A stretch of DNA of 64,000 bases from Microcoleus sp. (GTDB taxonomy: Bacteria > Cyanobacteriota > Cyanobacteriia > Cyanobacteriales > Microcoleaceae), in the NCBI GenBank assembly GCA_052279835.1, contig CP181291.1, forward strand, positions 3,776,001 to 3,840,000, read 5' to 3'. Position 1 is the first letter of the stretch, and the number at the start of each line of letters is the position of its first letter. Below the pieces are notes generated by a model, which made no database searches, was not told the origin of the DNA, and saw only the letters and a program-made list of their open reading frames with translations. Of the stretch, positions 1 to 10,365 are shown piece after piece. The translations under genes and the position numbers were made by a program.

Positions 1-1
1 T

Positions 2-718
2 CACCGCGCTTTAAGGAAATTCACTGATTTTGCCCGTTCTAGTTCTTATGTTCTCCAGTGCGATATCAGAAAATATTTTCCAAGTATTGACCATGAAATT
101 TTAAAGTTATTGGTAAGAAAAAAAATTAAATGTGCCGATACATTATGGTTGATTGATACAGTTATCGATAATAGCAACCCGCAGCAATCTGTGGTAGAAT
201 ATTTCCCAGGAGATGATTTACTATCGCCACTGTCGAGACGTAGGGGTTTACCAATCGGCAATTTGTCGAGTCAGTTTTTTGCGAGTGTTTATCTCAATGG
301 TTTTGACCATTTTGTTCTCGAACAGCTAAAAATTTCTAAATATGTCCGTTATGTGGATGATTTTGCCTTGTTTAGTGATGACCGTTTGCTACTGCAAGAT
401 GCTAGATTGGCAGTAGAGGAATATTTGGTTAAGTTACGGGTGAAAATTCATCCGATTAAAAGTCAGTTATTTGAGACAAAGCAGGGAGCAACTTTTGTGG
501 GGTTTCGGGTGTTTCCCGACACTATCCGTGTGAGACAAGAAAGTTTGCGTAGGGGCCGTCGTCGGTTGAGGCGCTTGCAAAGAGAGTACGCGAATGGTGA
601 AATAGAGTTAGTACAATTTGCTCGATCGCTTCAAAGTTGGGTGGCGCATTTGCAACATGGCGACACTTGGAATTTGAGACAAACAATGTCGATTTGTGGG
701 ATCAAAAATCAGGTTTGA
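2..718 (+). CDS. Reverse transcriptase, DGR type (5'-truncated by window edge)
   Basis: Frame is open from base 2 (HRALRKF...[16 protein letters not shown]). Contains [10 protein letters not shown] (the SQ variant typical of DGR RTs), catalytic YVRYVDDF and FVGFRV. Confidence 0.85.
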   Translation, partial: HRALRKFTDFARSSSYVLQCDIRKYFPSIDHEILKLLVRKKIKCADTLWLIDTVIDNSNPQQSVVEYFPGDDLLSPLSRRRGLPIGNLSSQFFASVYLNGFDHFVLEQLKISKYVRYVDDFALFSDDRLLLQDARLAVEEYLVKLRVKIHPIKSQLFETKQGATFVGFRVFPDTIRVRQESLRRGRRRLRRLQREYANGEIELVQFARSLQSWVAHLQHGDTWNLRQTMSICGIKNQV

Positions 719-767
719 AGCAAATATTTGGAAAAAAATTCGATTTCTGAATTTTCGCACGAGGACT

Positions 768-860
768 AATTCCCAATTCCCAATTCCCAATTCCCAATTC
801 CCAATTCCCAATTCCCAATTCCCAATTCCCAATTACCAATTCCCAATTACCAATTACCAA
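768..860. repeat. Heptameric tandem repeat (AATTCCC/AATTACC)n, STRR type
   Basis: About 13 tandem 7-mers seen directly. Confidence 0.95.
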
Positions 861-896
861 ACTATAATATAACTTTACACTTTTTTCATATAAGTT

Positions 897-3212
897 GTGC
901 AAGAAGACTTCCGACTGATCGTTGACTTAGTTCTAGTTCTCGCTGCTGCCGCAGCAGGAGGACTGTTTGCATCGCTTTTGCGACAGCCGGTAATTCTGGG
1001 CTATCTCCTCGGAGGGATGGTAGTGGGGCCTGCTGGTTTAGGGCTGATTAAAGAATTAATTCAGGTAGAGACTTTAGCTGAATTCGGCGTTGCTTTTTTG
1101 TTGTTTGCCCTGGGAGTTGAATTTTCCTTCGCCGAACTACAGAAAGTTAAAGCAATTAGTCTCGGCGGTGGGACTTTACAAATTGTCCTCACCATCGCCA
1201 TTACTACTTTCACATCCTTGGCTGTAGGCTGGGTAGACTCACCAGCCCAAGGTGTGTTTTTAGGGGCCATTCTGTCCCTCTCCTCCACAGCAGTGGTACT
1301 GAAGTGCTTGATGGAACGGAATGAAGCGGGTACTTCCCACGGTCAAGTAATGCTGGGAATATTGGTGGTTCAAGATTTAGCCTTGGGGCTAATGCTAGCA
1401 GTTTTGCCCGCGCTCAACCAGCCTATCGAAACTATTGGCATCACTGTGGCGCTGGCTTTGCTGCGAATTAGTTTATTTGCTGCGGGCGCTGTGGTTGCGG
1501 GCATTTGGGTGATTCCTCGCTTGCTGCGCTACCTGGCTAAAACAGAAAGTCGGGAACTGTTTTTGCTGGGAGTTGTGGTTTTGGCTTTGGGGATTGCGCT
1601 GCTGACTGAATATTTGGGCTTTTCCATTGAAATGGGAGCTTTTGTGGCGGGTTTAATGATTTCTGAGGTGGAATATGCTGACCAAACTCTAACTTATGTC
1701 GAGCCTTTGCGAGATATTTTTGCATCCCTATTTTTTGTAACCATCGGAATGTTAATTGACCCGTTGTTTCTCTGGAACCATCTAGAGTTAATCCTGGGAT
1801 TGGTATTTTTAGTATTTGTTGGCAAATTCTCGATCGTAACGCCGATCGTCCGACTGTTTGGCTATCCACTAAAAACAGCATTAATCGCAGGTTTGGGTTT
1901 AGCTCAAATTGGAGAATTCTCCTTTGTGCTTGCCAGTTCGGGTCAAGCCTTGGGACTGGTTTCACGAAATGTTTACCTATTAATTTTGGGAACAACAGCA
2001 GTTACTTTGGTGCTGACACCGTTCGTATTGAGAAGCGTGCCACAGTTGTTGAAGTGGGCGGAAAACTTCGGGCCTTTGCAGCGCTATTTTGATTCCACAT
2101 CTCAACCTGTGGAAATAGCTGAAAGTTTGCCGGAACAAAATCATATTGTGATTTGTGGCTACGGGCGAGTTGGTAGAAATTTAGTCAAAATGCTGCAAAG
2201 TCGCAACTGTTCGGTGGTGGTAATTGATGAGTCGGAAAGCAGAATTCAAGAGTGTAGACTCCAGGGAATTCCCTATATTTATGGTAATGCTGCTAGCTTG
2301 CACGTCTTGGAAGCTGCGGGGGTGGAACGGGCAAAAGCAATGGCGGTGACGCTTCCCGATCCGATGAGCACTCGTTTGTGTCTCAAGCGAGCTTTAGAAT
2401 TAGTCCCTGATTTAGATATTGTGGTGCGAGCCAACAAAGATAAAGATATTGAATTGCTTTACCAACTGGGGGCTTGGGAAGTTGTGCAGCCGGAGTTTGA
2501 GGCTAGTTTGGAGCTTTCGTCCCATCTGCTGTCTGGTATTGGTTTGTCAGGCATTGCTATTAGCCGGGAAGTCCAGCAAATTCGCAGCAGTCGCTATCTG
2601 GAATTCCGAGCTTCACGAGGAAATGCTGCTATTTCGCGGGATTTGCAAGTGGCGGTTCGAGATATGAACAGTGGTTGGTACAACCTCCCAGAAGGTTCTC
2701 CCATCGCTAGCATGACTCTGGAGGAAACTAACTTGCGGCAGTTGACAGGGGTCAGTGTCATGGCGATCGTCCGTCAAGATGGCGAAGAAATTGACTATCC
2801 CAATGGTAAGACTGCTTTGGAGTCTGGCGATCGCCTTTTGGTAGTTGGCGAACCGGAAGAGCTTGTGAGTTTTGAGTTGCTGGCGAAGGGCGAAGCTGCT
2901 GTGCCCCAGGGGGATAGTTCTTGTCAGTGGCTGAGATTGCCAGCAAACAGTCCTTGGGTGGGCAAAAAACTCTCTGAGGTGGAGTTGCTGACTCAGTATG
3001 GGGTGGAGGTACGCGCCATCCGACGGGAAGGGAAATTTAGTCGCTGGCCCGATGGCAGTACGGATTTGCAAGAGGGCGATCGTTTGTTGTTGTGCGGAGG
3101 CTTCTACGAAATCGGCTTGATGCAGCGAACTGCTGCACCTGTGGTTCAGCCACCTGTGGTCAAACTGCCTTTTGTCACCGCTCAAGTTAGCGAAAAGCTG
3201 TTTAGTGATTAG
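897..3212 (+). CDS. CPA2-family cation/H+ antiporter with TrkA-N and TrkA-C (RCK) domains
   Basis: Hydrophobic N-half with [26 protein letters not shown] and [16 protein letters not shown] nucleotide-binding motif; two RCK-C-like repeats. Confidence 0.92.
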   Translation: MQEDFRLIVDLVLVLAAAAAGGLFASLLRQPVILGYLLGGMVVGPAGLGLIKELIQVETLAEFGVAFLLFALGVEFSFAELQKVKAISLGGGTLQIVLTIAITTFTSLAVGWVDSPAQGVFLGAILSLSSTAVVLKCLMERNEAGTSHGQVMLGILVVQDLALGLMLAVLPALNQPIETIGITVALALLRISLFAAGAVVAGIWVIPRLLRYLAKTESRELFLLGVVVLALGIALLTEYLGFSIEMGAFVAGLMISEVEYADQTLTYVEPLRDIFASLFFVTIGMLIDPLFLWNHLELILGLVFLVFVGKFSIVTPIVRLFGYPLKTALIAGLGLAQIGEFSFVLASSGQALGLVSRNVYLLILGTTAVTLVLTPFVLRSVPQLLKWAENFGPLQRYFDSTSQPVEIAESLPEQNHIVICGYGRVGRNLVKMLQSRNCSVVVIDESESRIQECRLQGIPYIYGNAASLHVLEAAGVERAKAMAVTLPDPMSTRLCLKRALELVPDLDIVVRANKDKDIELLYQLGAWEVVQPEFEASLELSSHLLSGIGLSGIAISREVQQIRSSRYLEFRASRGNAAISRDLQVAVRDMNSGWYNLPEGSPIASMTLEETNLRQLTGVSVMAIVRQDGEEIDYPNGKTALESGDRLLVVGEPEELVSFELLAKGEAAVPQGDSSCQWLRLPANSPWVGKKLSEVELLTQYGVEVRAIRREGKFSRWPDGSTDLQEGDRLLLCGGFYEIGLMQRTAAPVVQPPVVKLPFVTAQVSEKLFSD

Positions 3213-3385
3213 GGAATGGGGAATTGGGAATTGGGAATTGGGAATGGGGAATTGGGAATTGGGAATGGGGAATTGGGAATTGGGAATTGGGAATTGGGAT
3301 AATTCTCCCCCTCTCCGCCTCTCCCACTCTTCCCCTCTCCCACTCTTCCCCTCTCCCCCTCCCCCCATCTCCCCTTCTCCTCTCA
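3211..3385. repeat. (GGGAATT/GGGAATG)n heptamer array followed by a C/T-rich degenerate tract
   Basis: Tandem 7-mers at 3211-3299 and CTCTCCCC-like units at 3305-3385, between convergent genes. Confidence 0.9.
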
Positions 3386-3595
3386 CCCGCTGGACTTGAT
3401 ATAAGCAATGGCTTGCCGCGAAACTAGAATTTGTTTTTCTGAATCATCAAGGAGGCAAAGACAGTTATTGTCTTGCCAAAAAATTTTACCCACTAGCACC
3501 TCGTTGGTCACGAGTTTTAGTTCTATCTGTTGTTTGTCTTTGATGTAGCTTTGTATTAGGCGAACGCTGGGCAATCCGGTCTCAAATTCAGACAT
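3383..3595 (-). CDS. hfq: Cyanobacterial Hfq-like protein
   Basis: 70 aa, [10 protein letters not shown]...[16 protein letters not shown]...QAIAYI; divergent from dapF, the usual cyanobacterial arrangement. Confidence 0.9.
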   Translation of the reverse strand: MSEFETGLPSVRLIQSYIKDKQQIELKLVTNEVLVGKIFWQDNNCLCLLDDSEKQILVSRQAIAYIKSSG

Positions 3596-3711
3596 ACTAG
3601 GAAATGGGTTATTTGGTCATTAGTCATTAGTCATTAGTTATTAGTCAAAGGACGAATGACTAATCACTTTAGAAGTCTATCAAGTAATCAGTTTTAACCA
3701 AAAGGGGTTTT

Positions 3712-4695
3712 ATGCCGATCGAGTTTACGAAGTATCATGGACTGGGCAATGATTTTATTCTGATTGACAACCGCCAGTCCTCAGAACCTGTGGTGACACC
3801 AGAACAAGCTGTGGTATTGTGCGATCGACATTTCGGGATCGGTGCAGATGGTGTCATCTTTGCTCTTCCTGGGCAAAATGGCACTGACTATACGATGCGG
3901 ATTTTTAACTCCGACGGTTCGGAACCAGAAATGTGTGGTAATGGGATTCGCTGTTTGGCTAAGTTTATCGCCGATTTGGAAGGAGTGGAAATTTACCCCC
4001 CCCAACCCCCCCTTACTAAGGGGGGGAGTGAATCTCAATCTCGTCTTAGTCAGGGGGCGAGTGAATCTCAATCTCGTCTTAGTCAGGGGGAGAGTGAATC
4101 TCAATCTCGTCTTAGTCAGGGGGAGAGTGAATCTAAGACGCAGTACCGCATCCACACTCTGGCGGGTGTGATTAGCCCGGAATTGCGATCGGACGGTCAG
4201 GTTAAGGTGGATATGGGAGTTCCTCGCTTGCTGGCGTCGGAAATTCCAACAACTTTGGCGGCACCAGATGCCAAAGTGATAGATGTGCCTCTAGCAGTGG
4301 CCGATCGATCTTGGTCTGTTACTTGTGTCAGCATGGGTAATCCTCATTGCATTACTTTTGTGGAGGATGTTTCGGCTGTTAGTTTGGAAACTGTGGGCCC
4401 TCAATTTGAACACCACCCAGCATTCCCACAACGTACAAATACGGAATTTATTCAAGTGATACATTCCGACTATGTAAAAATGCGGGTGTGGGAAAGAGGC
4501 GCAGGTGTTACTCTAGCTTGTGGAACTGGTGCTTGTGCTGCTGTGGTGGCTGGGGTATTGACTGGTAAGTGCGATCGAACTACTTCTGTTGAACTCCCAG
4601 GTGGCGTTTTGCAAATCGAATGGTCAGAAGTCTCAGGGCGGATTTACATGACTGGGCCGGCACAGCGAGTATTTACGGGCTTGATTAGTCAATAG
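3712..4695 (+). CDS. dapF: Diaminopimelate epimerase with an in-frame repeat-derived insertion
   Basis: [23 protein letters not shown] and [13 protein letters not shown] motifs. Confidence 0.97.
   Translation: MPIEFTKYHGLGNDFILIDNRQSSEPVVTPEQAVVLCDRHFGIGADGVIFALPGQNGTDYTMRIFNSDGSEPEMCGNGIRCLAKFIADLEGVEIYPPQPPLTKGGSESQSRLSQGASESQSRLSQGESESQSRLSQGESESKTQYRIHTLAGVISPELRSDGQVKVDMGVPRLLASEIPTTLAAPDAKVIDVPLAVADRSWSVTCVSMGNPHCITFVEDVSAVSLETVGPQFEHHPAFPQRTNTEFIQVIHSDYVKMRVWERGAGVTLACGTGACAAVVAGVLTGKCDRTTSVELPGGVLQIEWSEVSGRIYMTGPAQRVFTGLISQ
3996..4134 (+). repeat. C7TT-ACT-AAG7 hairpin plus 3.3 copies of a 33-bp repeat inside dapF
   Basis: Units start at 4026, 4059, 4092 and 4125 (partial); each encodes roughly [10 protein letters not shown](A/E). 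Confidence 0.95.
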
Positions 4696-4785
4696 TGTGT
4701 TAACAGTTGACGGTTAACCGTGGATAGTTAACTGTTAACTGTTTGTTCAAAAATCTCAAATGTAAAATTAATTAGGTGAGCGTGC

Positions 4786-5928
4786 ATGGCTGGAGGTATT
4801 TATCTGATTCAGGATGACGACAGGCTGCTGGAAATGATGGAACAGCCCTATGATTCAGAAGATCAGTTACAAGACTTGCTTGTAACTTATCCTAATCTGA
4901 TTGCTGGAGACCAAATAGATCGGGCTACAGCGCGGAAATGGTTGTTGATTTCGCGCGAAGTTTCAGTGCCCAGCGATGAGGAAACAGCCGTGCAGTGGTC
5001 TCTGGATCATTTGTTTATCGACCAAAATGCAGTGCCTACTTTGGTGGATGTTAGACGCACTCCTAATGCTGCTCTCCGCCAACAAGTTTTAGGTCAGTCG
5101 ATCGACTATGCTGCTAATGCTGTAGTTTATTGGCCCATAGATTCAATCATTGCTTTTTTTGAAGCTAATTGTCGCGATCGGGGTCGCGATCCAGAACAGA
5201 TTTTTGAGGAATTTCTCGGTGCGGATGCAAATGAAGATCGGTTTTGGCAGAAGGTGAAAACTAATTTACAAGCTGGTAAAATCCGTTTGGTTTTTGTAGC
5301 TGAGGAGATTTCTGCTGAAATGCGCCGGGTAGTGGAATTTCTCAACGAACAAATGGACCCGGTTGAAGTTTTTGCCCTGGAAATTAAGCAATATGTAAGT
5401 GAAGATGGTCTCAGAACTTTGGTTCCGAGAATCATCGGTCAGACAGCAGAAGCACAGCAGAAAAAATCGAGTGCAACGCGGGAAAGAAGACGCTGGGATG
5501 AATCGTCATTTTTTGCAGAACTGAAGGCTAGACGGGGCGCAGAAGAGGCGCAAATGGCCAAAGAAATTTATGTTTGGGTGAAAAATCAAGCACCGGAAAT
5601 GGATATTCAGTGGGGTACGGGGGACACCTATGGAGGCTTTGCGGCTCACTTACATCTAAAAGCAAAAAAACCCTATCAGTTGTTTACGGTTAATATTGCT
5701 GGAAAAATGGAGATTTCGGCTCACAATTACGGTTCGCAGCGGCCGTTTAATCGGGAGGAAAAGTGGCTGGAACTGAGGAATAAGTTTAGTTCGATCGGGC
5801 TGTCGCTACCTACAGAACCTGGTGAGGTGCGATCGCCTAGTCTTGCTTTGTTTACTTTACAAGATGAATCAGACCTCAACCAAGTTATCGAAATTTTTGA
5901 TTGGGTGGTTGCAGAAATTAAAAGCTAA
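4786..5928 (+). CDS. Hypothetical protein with a PD-(D/E)xK/NucS-like N-terminal domain
   Basis: EDQLQDLL..YP.LI, LISREV and SLDHLFIDQNAVPTLVDVRR...GQSIDYAANA resemble NucS-like nucleases. Confidence 0.6.
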   Translation: MAGGIYLIQDDDRLLEMMEQPYDSEDQLQDLLVTYPNLIAGDQIDRATARKWLLISREVSVPSDEETAVQWSLDHLFIDQNAVPTLVDVRRTPNAALRQQVLGQSIDYAANAVVYWPIDSIIAFFEANCRDRGRDPEQIFEEFLGADANEDRFWQKVKTNLQAGKIRLVFVAEEISAEMRRVVEFLNEQMDPVEVFALEIKQYVSEDGLRTLVPRIIGQTAEAQQKKSSATRERRRWDESSFFAELKARRGAEEAQMAKEIYVWVKNQAPEMDIQWGTGDTYGGFAAHLHLKAKKPYQLFTVNIAGKMEISAHNYGSQRPFNREEKWLELRNKFSSIGLSLPTEPGEVRSPSLALFTLQDESDLNQVIEIFDWVVAEIKS

Positions 5929-6093
5929 TAGTTATTAGTTATTGGTCATTAGAGAACCCCCCCCTGCCCCCCCCTAGGGGGGAGAACATTGGGCATTAGG
6001 GAACCCCCCCTGCCCCCCCCCTAGGGGGGAAGAAATTGGGCATTATCACTAATAACCAATAACCAATAACTAATAACCAATAACTAATAACTA
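5927..6093. repeat. TAATAAC-type heptamer arrays enclosing two C-rich CCCCCC-CTAG-GGGGG hairpin elements
   Basis: Hairpin elements at 5954-5983 and 6001-6030, between convergent genes. Confidence 0.85.
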
Positions 6094-7272
6094 ATATCGA
6101 ATGTTTGCTTCTTTCATGCGACGCAGGGCTTCTCCCAGGCGATCGCAATCGGCAATCAAACTAACTCTGACATATCCTTCGCCACCAGGTCCAAAAGCAT
6201 TACCAGGAGTCACTACAACACCAGTTTGCTGCAAAACATTCAGGGCAAAATCCGTGGAGTTCATGCCGCGAGTACAAGGAACCCAAAGATACATTGCAGC
6301 CAAAGGTTTAGGAATATTCCACCCCAATTCTGCCAATCCTGCCACCATAAAATCCCGGCGAATGCTATAACGATTCTGCACTTCTTGCAAGTAACTATCG
6401 GGCAATTGCAGTGCGGTTTCTGCGGCGGTTTGCAATGCGGAGAATATACCGTAATCTAGGTTAGTTTTTAATGTCCGCAAACCTTGGATAATCTTGCTAT
6501 TTCCTACTACAAAACCGACTCTCCATCCAGCCATATTGTAGGTTTTTGACATCGTGTGAAATTCGACACCGATTTCTTTGCCGCCGGGAATTTCTAATAA
6601 ACTTGTGGGTTGATAGCCGTCAAAGGCTAATTCGGCATAACATAAGTCATGAACTAGCAATATTTGATGTTTGTGCGCGAAGGCCACAACGTCTTTGAAA
6701 AATTCGCGGGGTGCTGTTGCTCCAGTCGGATTACTGGGATAATTGAAATAGAGTATTTTGGCTTGTTGCGCTACGCTGTCGGGAATGTCGGCTAAGTCAA
6801 TTACCCAGTCGTTTTCTGGTTTGAGGATAATGTTGTGAACTTTTGCGCCGGCGATAATCGGGCCGCGAAATAATACGGGATAAGCAGGACTTGGTACTAA
6901 TATTACATCGCCTGGATTGATGTAGGTCATCGCAAAGTGCGCTAAACCTTCTTTGGAACCCAATAAAGGTAATGCTTCGCTTTCTGGATCTAGTTCAACG
7001 TTGTAGCGGCGGCTGTACCATTTGGTAATGGTACGGCGAAAACTCGTTGTTCCTTCAAAGGGTGGATAGCCATGATTTGCTGGATTTTGGATGGCTGCGA
7101 CGGCGGCATCTACTACTGGCTGGGGAGTCGCACCGTCTGGGTTTCCCATTCCCAAGTCTATTAAGTCTAGTCCTTGTTCGCGGGCACGGGCTTTGAGTTC
7201 GTCGAGACGGGCAAATACATAGGGTGGCAGTGTTTGCAACCTGTCAGCAGGGCTAATCCAATCCAAGGTCAT
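6091..7272 (-). CDS. PLP-dependent class I/II aminotransferase (aspartate/LL-DAP aminotransferase-like)
   Basis: DLGMGNPD, NYPSNPTG, HDLCY and SKTYNMAGWRVG motifs. Confidence 0.92.
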   Translation of the reverse strand: MTLDWISPADRLQTLPPYVFARLDELKARAREQGLDLIDLGMGNPDGATPQPVVDAAVAAIQNPANHGYPPFEGTTSFRRTITKWYSRRYNVELDPESEALPLLGSKEGLAHFAMTYINPGDVILVPSPAYPVLFRGPIIAGAKVHNIILKPENDWVIDLADIPDSVAQQAKILYFNYPSNPTGATAPREFFKDVVAFAHKHQILLVHDLCYAELAFDGYQPTSLLEIPGGKEIGVEFHTMSKTYNMAGWRVGFVVGNSKIIQGLRTLKTNLDYGIFSALQTAAETALQLPDSYLQEVQNRYSIRRDFMVAGLAELGWNIPKPLAAMYLWVPCTRGMNSTDFALNVLQQTGVVVTPGNAFGPGGEGYVRVSLIADCDRLGEALRRMKEANIRY

Positions 7273-7342
7273 TAGTTTGTTATCAGTTGTTAGTGTTAGT
7301 TGTTTGTGGTCAAAACTGTACTATTTAAAAGTTTAGTCGATC

Positions 7343-7409
7343 GAGGACTATAATCCTGACTACTAACCCTTGTCATTTTTCTGGGTTGGTAGTGAGGACT
7401 TTAGTTCTC
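7343..7409. repeat. REP-like imperfect inverted repeat (GTAGTGAGGACTTTAG family)
   Basis: 27-bp arms; a related copy lies at 40163-40205. Confidence 0.75.
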
Positions 7410-7455
7410 AAAGGTTTACTTGATGGAGGAGTAAAGTCTTGACTTTTGAAGGCTG

Positions 7456-8598
7456 TTAATTCTTGACTTTTAATTCTCCCACAGGTGCGGTGGTAGAAAC
7501 CATCGCTGCCATTAATTGTTCGGGAACTACTTTGAACGGTAGTCTGTGGATGTCGGAGTTGGGATTGCAAGCTATTTCGGCGGAGCGCTGCAATTCTGTT
7601 AGGCTAATGTCTCCAAGTCCTAGACTGTCTAAAGTTTGGGGTAATCCAATCTCGCCGTAGAATTTTAACAGTTGTTGTCTGGCTGTGGCCGCCAGTTGAT
7701 TGTTTTGCAGCATTTCTTCTAGTCGCAGTTGGACTAAAATGCCGTAGGCAACTTTTTCGCCGTGCAATGTTCCGTGACTTGCTAATAGATGAGTTAGGCC
7801 GTTGTGGACGGCGTGGGCGGCGACGGTGCGACATTGAGCACCCCCTATTCCGCCAATTACTCCTGCTAATAATACAACGGCATCTGTAACTTCTTGCCAG
7901 GTTTCGCTACCGGGTTCTTGGAGGGCGATCGCCGATTTTTGAAATAGGATATCTCGCAAGATTCTAGCTTGTTGAACTGCCGAAACGATCATGGTTTGTT
8001 CGGAGTGTCCGCTGCTGACTGAGGCTTCGTACCATTTGGCGATCGCATCTCCAATTCCTGCTACTAATGTCCGCTGGGGGGCGGTTTGAATCAAGTCGTA
8101 GTCTAGTATCAATAAATCTGGACATCTGGCTAATGTAACATCGTATTGGAATGCACCTTGTTCTGAATAGATGTTAGAAAGGGCTGTCCAAGCGGCGCAG
8201 GTGGCGGCCGAGGTGGGAATTGTGGCGATCGGGATTTGGGACTGATAGGCTAGGAGTTTGGCTGCATCTAAGGCCTTGCCGCCACCAACGCCGATGATGA
8301 AATCGGCTTTATGGGTGTCGGCTGCTTCACGCAGGTGTGCCAAACTCATTTCGCTGCAATCATTGCCGTATGATGTTTCGGCCGATTCTAACTGCTGCTG
8401 TTCGAGGATTGGTTGCAGGTAGGGTTTGGCGGCGGCCTGGGAGTTGCTACCGCCGACGATTAGGGGGCGTTTTCCGAGACGGGCGATCGCCTCTCGCGAT
8501 CGGGCAAGGGCATTTTGACCCCGCAATACACAAGCGGGGGCAATTGTCAAGGATAATAGTGATGTGTCGGTTTTGGTTGAGGTAGAGGTTTGAGTCAT
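7456..8598 (-). CDS. Iron-containing alcohol dehydrogenase family, glycerol dehydrogenase-like
   Basis: GVGGGKALD, PTSAATCA, AHAVHNGL and LHGEKVAYG; ATG at 8598 chosen as start. Confidence 0.88.
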   Translation of the reverse strand: MTQTSTSTKTDTSLLSLTIAPACVLRGQNALARSREAIARLGKRPLIVGGSNSQAAAKPYLQPILEQQQLESAETSYGNDCSEMSLAHLREAADTHKADFIIGVGGGKALDAAKLLAYQSQIPIATIPTSAATCAAWTALSNIYSEQGAFQYDVTLARCPDLLILDYDLIQTAPQRTLVAGIGDAIAKWYEASVSSGHSEQTMIVSAVQQARILRDILFQKSAIALQEPGSETWQEVTDAVVLLAGVIGGIGGAQCRTVAAHAVHNGLTHLLASHGTLHGEKVAYGILVQLRLEEMLQNNQLAATARQQLLKFYGEIGLPQTLDSLGLGDISLTELQRSAEIACNPNSDIHRLPFKVVPEQLMAAMVSTTAPVGELKVKN

Positions 8599-8787
8599 TG
8601 AGCTGGGAGCGTAGTGACGAGTTGTGGAATTAGTAGACTTATAGGATAACTCTAACAAGGCTTTGGCAACAGGATCAGTTTTCTCCAGTTTTTGTTAAGT
8701 ATTGTGCGGGGTTGGAAGATGGGAAAGGGATTTGATGGGCGATCGGTATGATAAATTTACAATATAGGCAATTTAAAGGATAAGGCA

Positions 8788-9246
8788 ATGCTGACTAAAC
8801 AAGATTGGGACTGGTTAGCAGTGTGTTCTCATTATCAAACTGCTGTCACAGTCCAGACACTTCTCAAAGAAGGAAAATCTATGGAAGCCACGGCAGGTTT
8901 AGAATCTTTAATTGAAGCAATGGTAAGAAGTGAAAAACGTGCATTAAAAAGCCAATTAATCCGTTTAATGCTTCACATTATTAAATGGAAATGTCAACCT
9001 CAAAAACAAACTTCTAGCTGGGCTATCAGTATTCTCACGGCGCGCCGGGAAATAGAAGATATTCAGGAAGAAGTCCCGAGTTTGAATCGTGATGCTGTGG
9101 AATCTATTTGGGATAAATGTTTTCAAGCAGCCGTAAAAGAGGCTGAAACCGAAATGAGGAAAGTTAAATGTCACTTAACATCCCTTTCTTGGTCTGAAGT
9201 TTTTGAGGATGAATATGCTTTACCTGATGGCGATGGCTCAGATTAA
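8788..9246 (+). CDS. DUF29 family protein
   Basis: RSEKRALKSQLIRLMLHIIKWKCQP...SSWAISI...PSL pattern. Confidence 0.8.
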   Translation: MLTKQDWDWLAVCSHYQTAVTVQTLLKEGKSMEATAGLESLIEAMVRSEKRALKSQLIRLMLHIIKWKCQPQKQTSSWAISILTARREIEDIQEEVPSLNRDAVESIWDKCFQAAVKEAETEMRKVKCHLTSLSWSEVFEDEYALPDGDGSD

Positions 9247-9311
9247 AAGTAAAAACATCTGATTTTATATCCCCGAATTATTCAAGGGTGGCCTATAGGT
9301 ATTCTGTATTT

Positions 9312-9596
9312 TTAATCATGGGAAATCGGCTGTTTTCTTTTCCTAAACAAACCGGACATACTTAAACCAGTCACTAGCAAACCAATCATTCCCAACCCGT
9401 TTAAAACGGGGTAAATTGCTTGCAAATTCAAGATTTCACCTGTATGGATTTTCAATAAAAATCTGGCTGAAATTCCTGTATCTATCGGCCACTCTTTAAC
9501 CATGCTTGCTAACATTCCCGTCACCACAGTCATCGTCAGTGGCAAAGCAATAATAATAGCTAGAATACGGTGATACTTGCGAAATGCTTTCTTCAT
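9312..9596 (-). CDS. Small membrane protein, PepSY-associated TM-helix type
   Basis: FRKYHRILA...LTMTVVTG, LLKIHTGE, two TM segments. Confidence 0.7.
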   Translation of the reverse strand: MKKAFRKYHRILAIIIALPLTMTVVTGMLASMVKEWPIDTGISARFLLKIHTGEILNLQAIYPVLNGLGMIGLLVTGLSMSGLFRKRKQPISHD

Positions 9597-9703
9597 AAGG
9601 ATTAAAGATATCAATAAATTGAATTGATGTCAGGTGTAGGGTGAAGTGCTTGTTTCTGGATACTGTAAACTTATAACTAGAAACAAGCAATCAGCCGGAA
9701 ATT

Positions 9704-10156
9704 TTAGGACTTGGGAATGCTACTAATAGTCTTGTCCAAAGACTGCAATTCTGCCAGCACCTTGTCTTTACTTGGCTGAGACTTTTTGAGTTCGCTAGTC
9801 AATTTTTCTGCCCCCTCTTCCACTGCATCGTAGCTTTTGGGAGCTTTAGCCTTGATGCCATCTTCAACCTTCTTCCAGGCATCCTCGAATTTGCCAAATT
9901 CTGTCTTGGCTTTCGCAAAGTTGGCAGTTTCAACTGCTGCTTTGGTATTGGAAACTACACGACTCAACTCTGGATAGTTTCCCTGGGATACTGCTAATTT
10001 GTCAGTTTTATCAGTAGTAGCAGCGTTTACAGCAGTAGCAGCAGGAACGGCTGACGGTGAGCTTTGGGGAGTGGAAGCTTCCTTAGCGCTGTCGCAACCA
10101 GCCAAAGTTAGAAGGCCGATCGCGCTCAGGACAAGGATTTGATTGAAACGAGCCAT
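9704..10156 (-). CDS. Lipoprotein with a helical-bundle domain (DUF4363-like)
   Basis: Lipobox LAGC; FEDAWKKVEDGIK...YDAVE helical pattern. Confidence 0.7.
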   Translation of the reverse strand: MARFNQILVLSAIGLLTLAGCDSAKEASTPQSSPSAVPAATAVNAATTDKTDKLAVSQGNYPELSRVVSNTKAAVETANFAKAKTEFGKFEDAWKKVEDGIKAKAPKSYDAVEEGAEKLTSELKKSQPSKDKVLAELQSLDKTISSIPKS

Positions 10157-10365
10157 GAAAAATCCTCACATAGATGGATACTAGAATCTATTGTGTCACA
10201 AAGAAATGCGATCGGTGGGAATAAATCAAAATCATTGCGTCTCAAGCGTTTTCTTCAATCAGCCTGTATATCATTTGGGGATTGAAAAAGTTTCATCCGC
10301 CGAAGTTTATTTGCAGAAGACCGTGAAGGATAGACTAAAAACTGAAGGGAGTATTTAAGGCAGAT

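Noticed and set aside
2..718. Group II intron or retron RT
   Set aside because: It has IGNLSSQ rather than PQG..LSP, no VTG retron motif, and no intron domain V/VI was recognised downstream.
608..902. ORFs reading GIGNWEL repeats (also 3172-3427 and 2613-3386)
   Set aside because: Translations of heptamer arrays, or antisense shadows of real genes.
4026..4134. 33-bp repeats as a CRISPR array
   Set aside because: The units are contiguous, with no spacers, and lie in frame within dapF; no cas genes are present.
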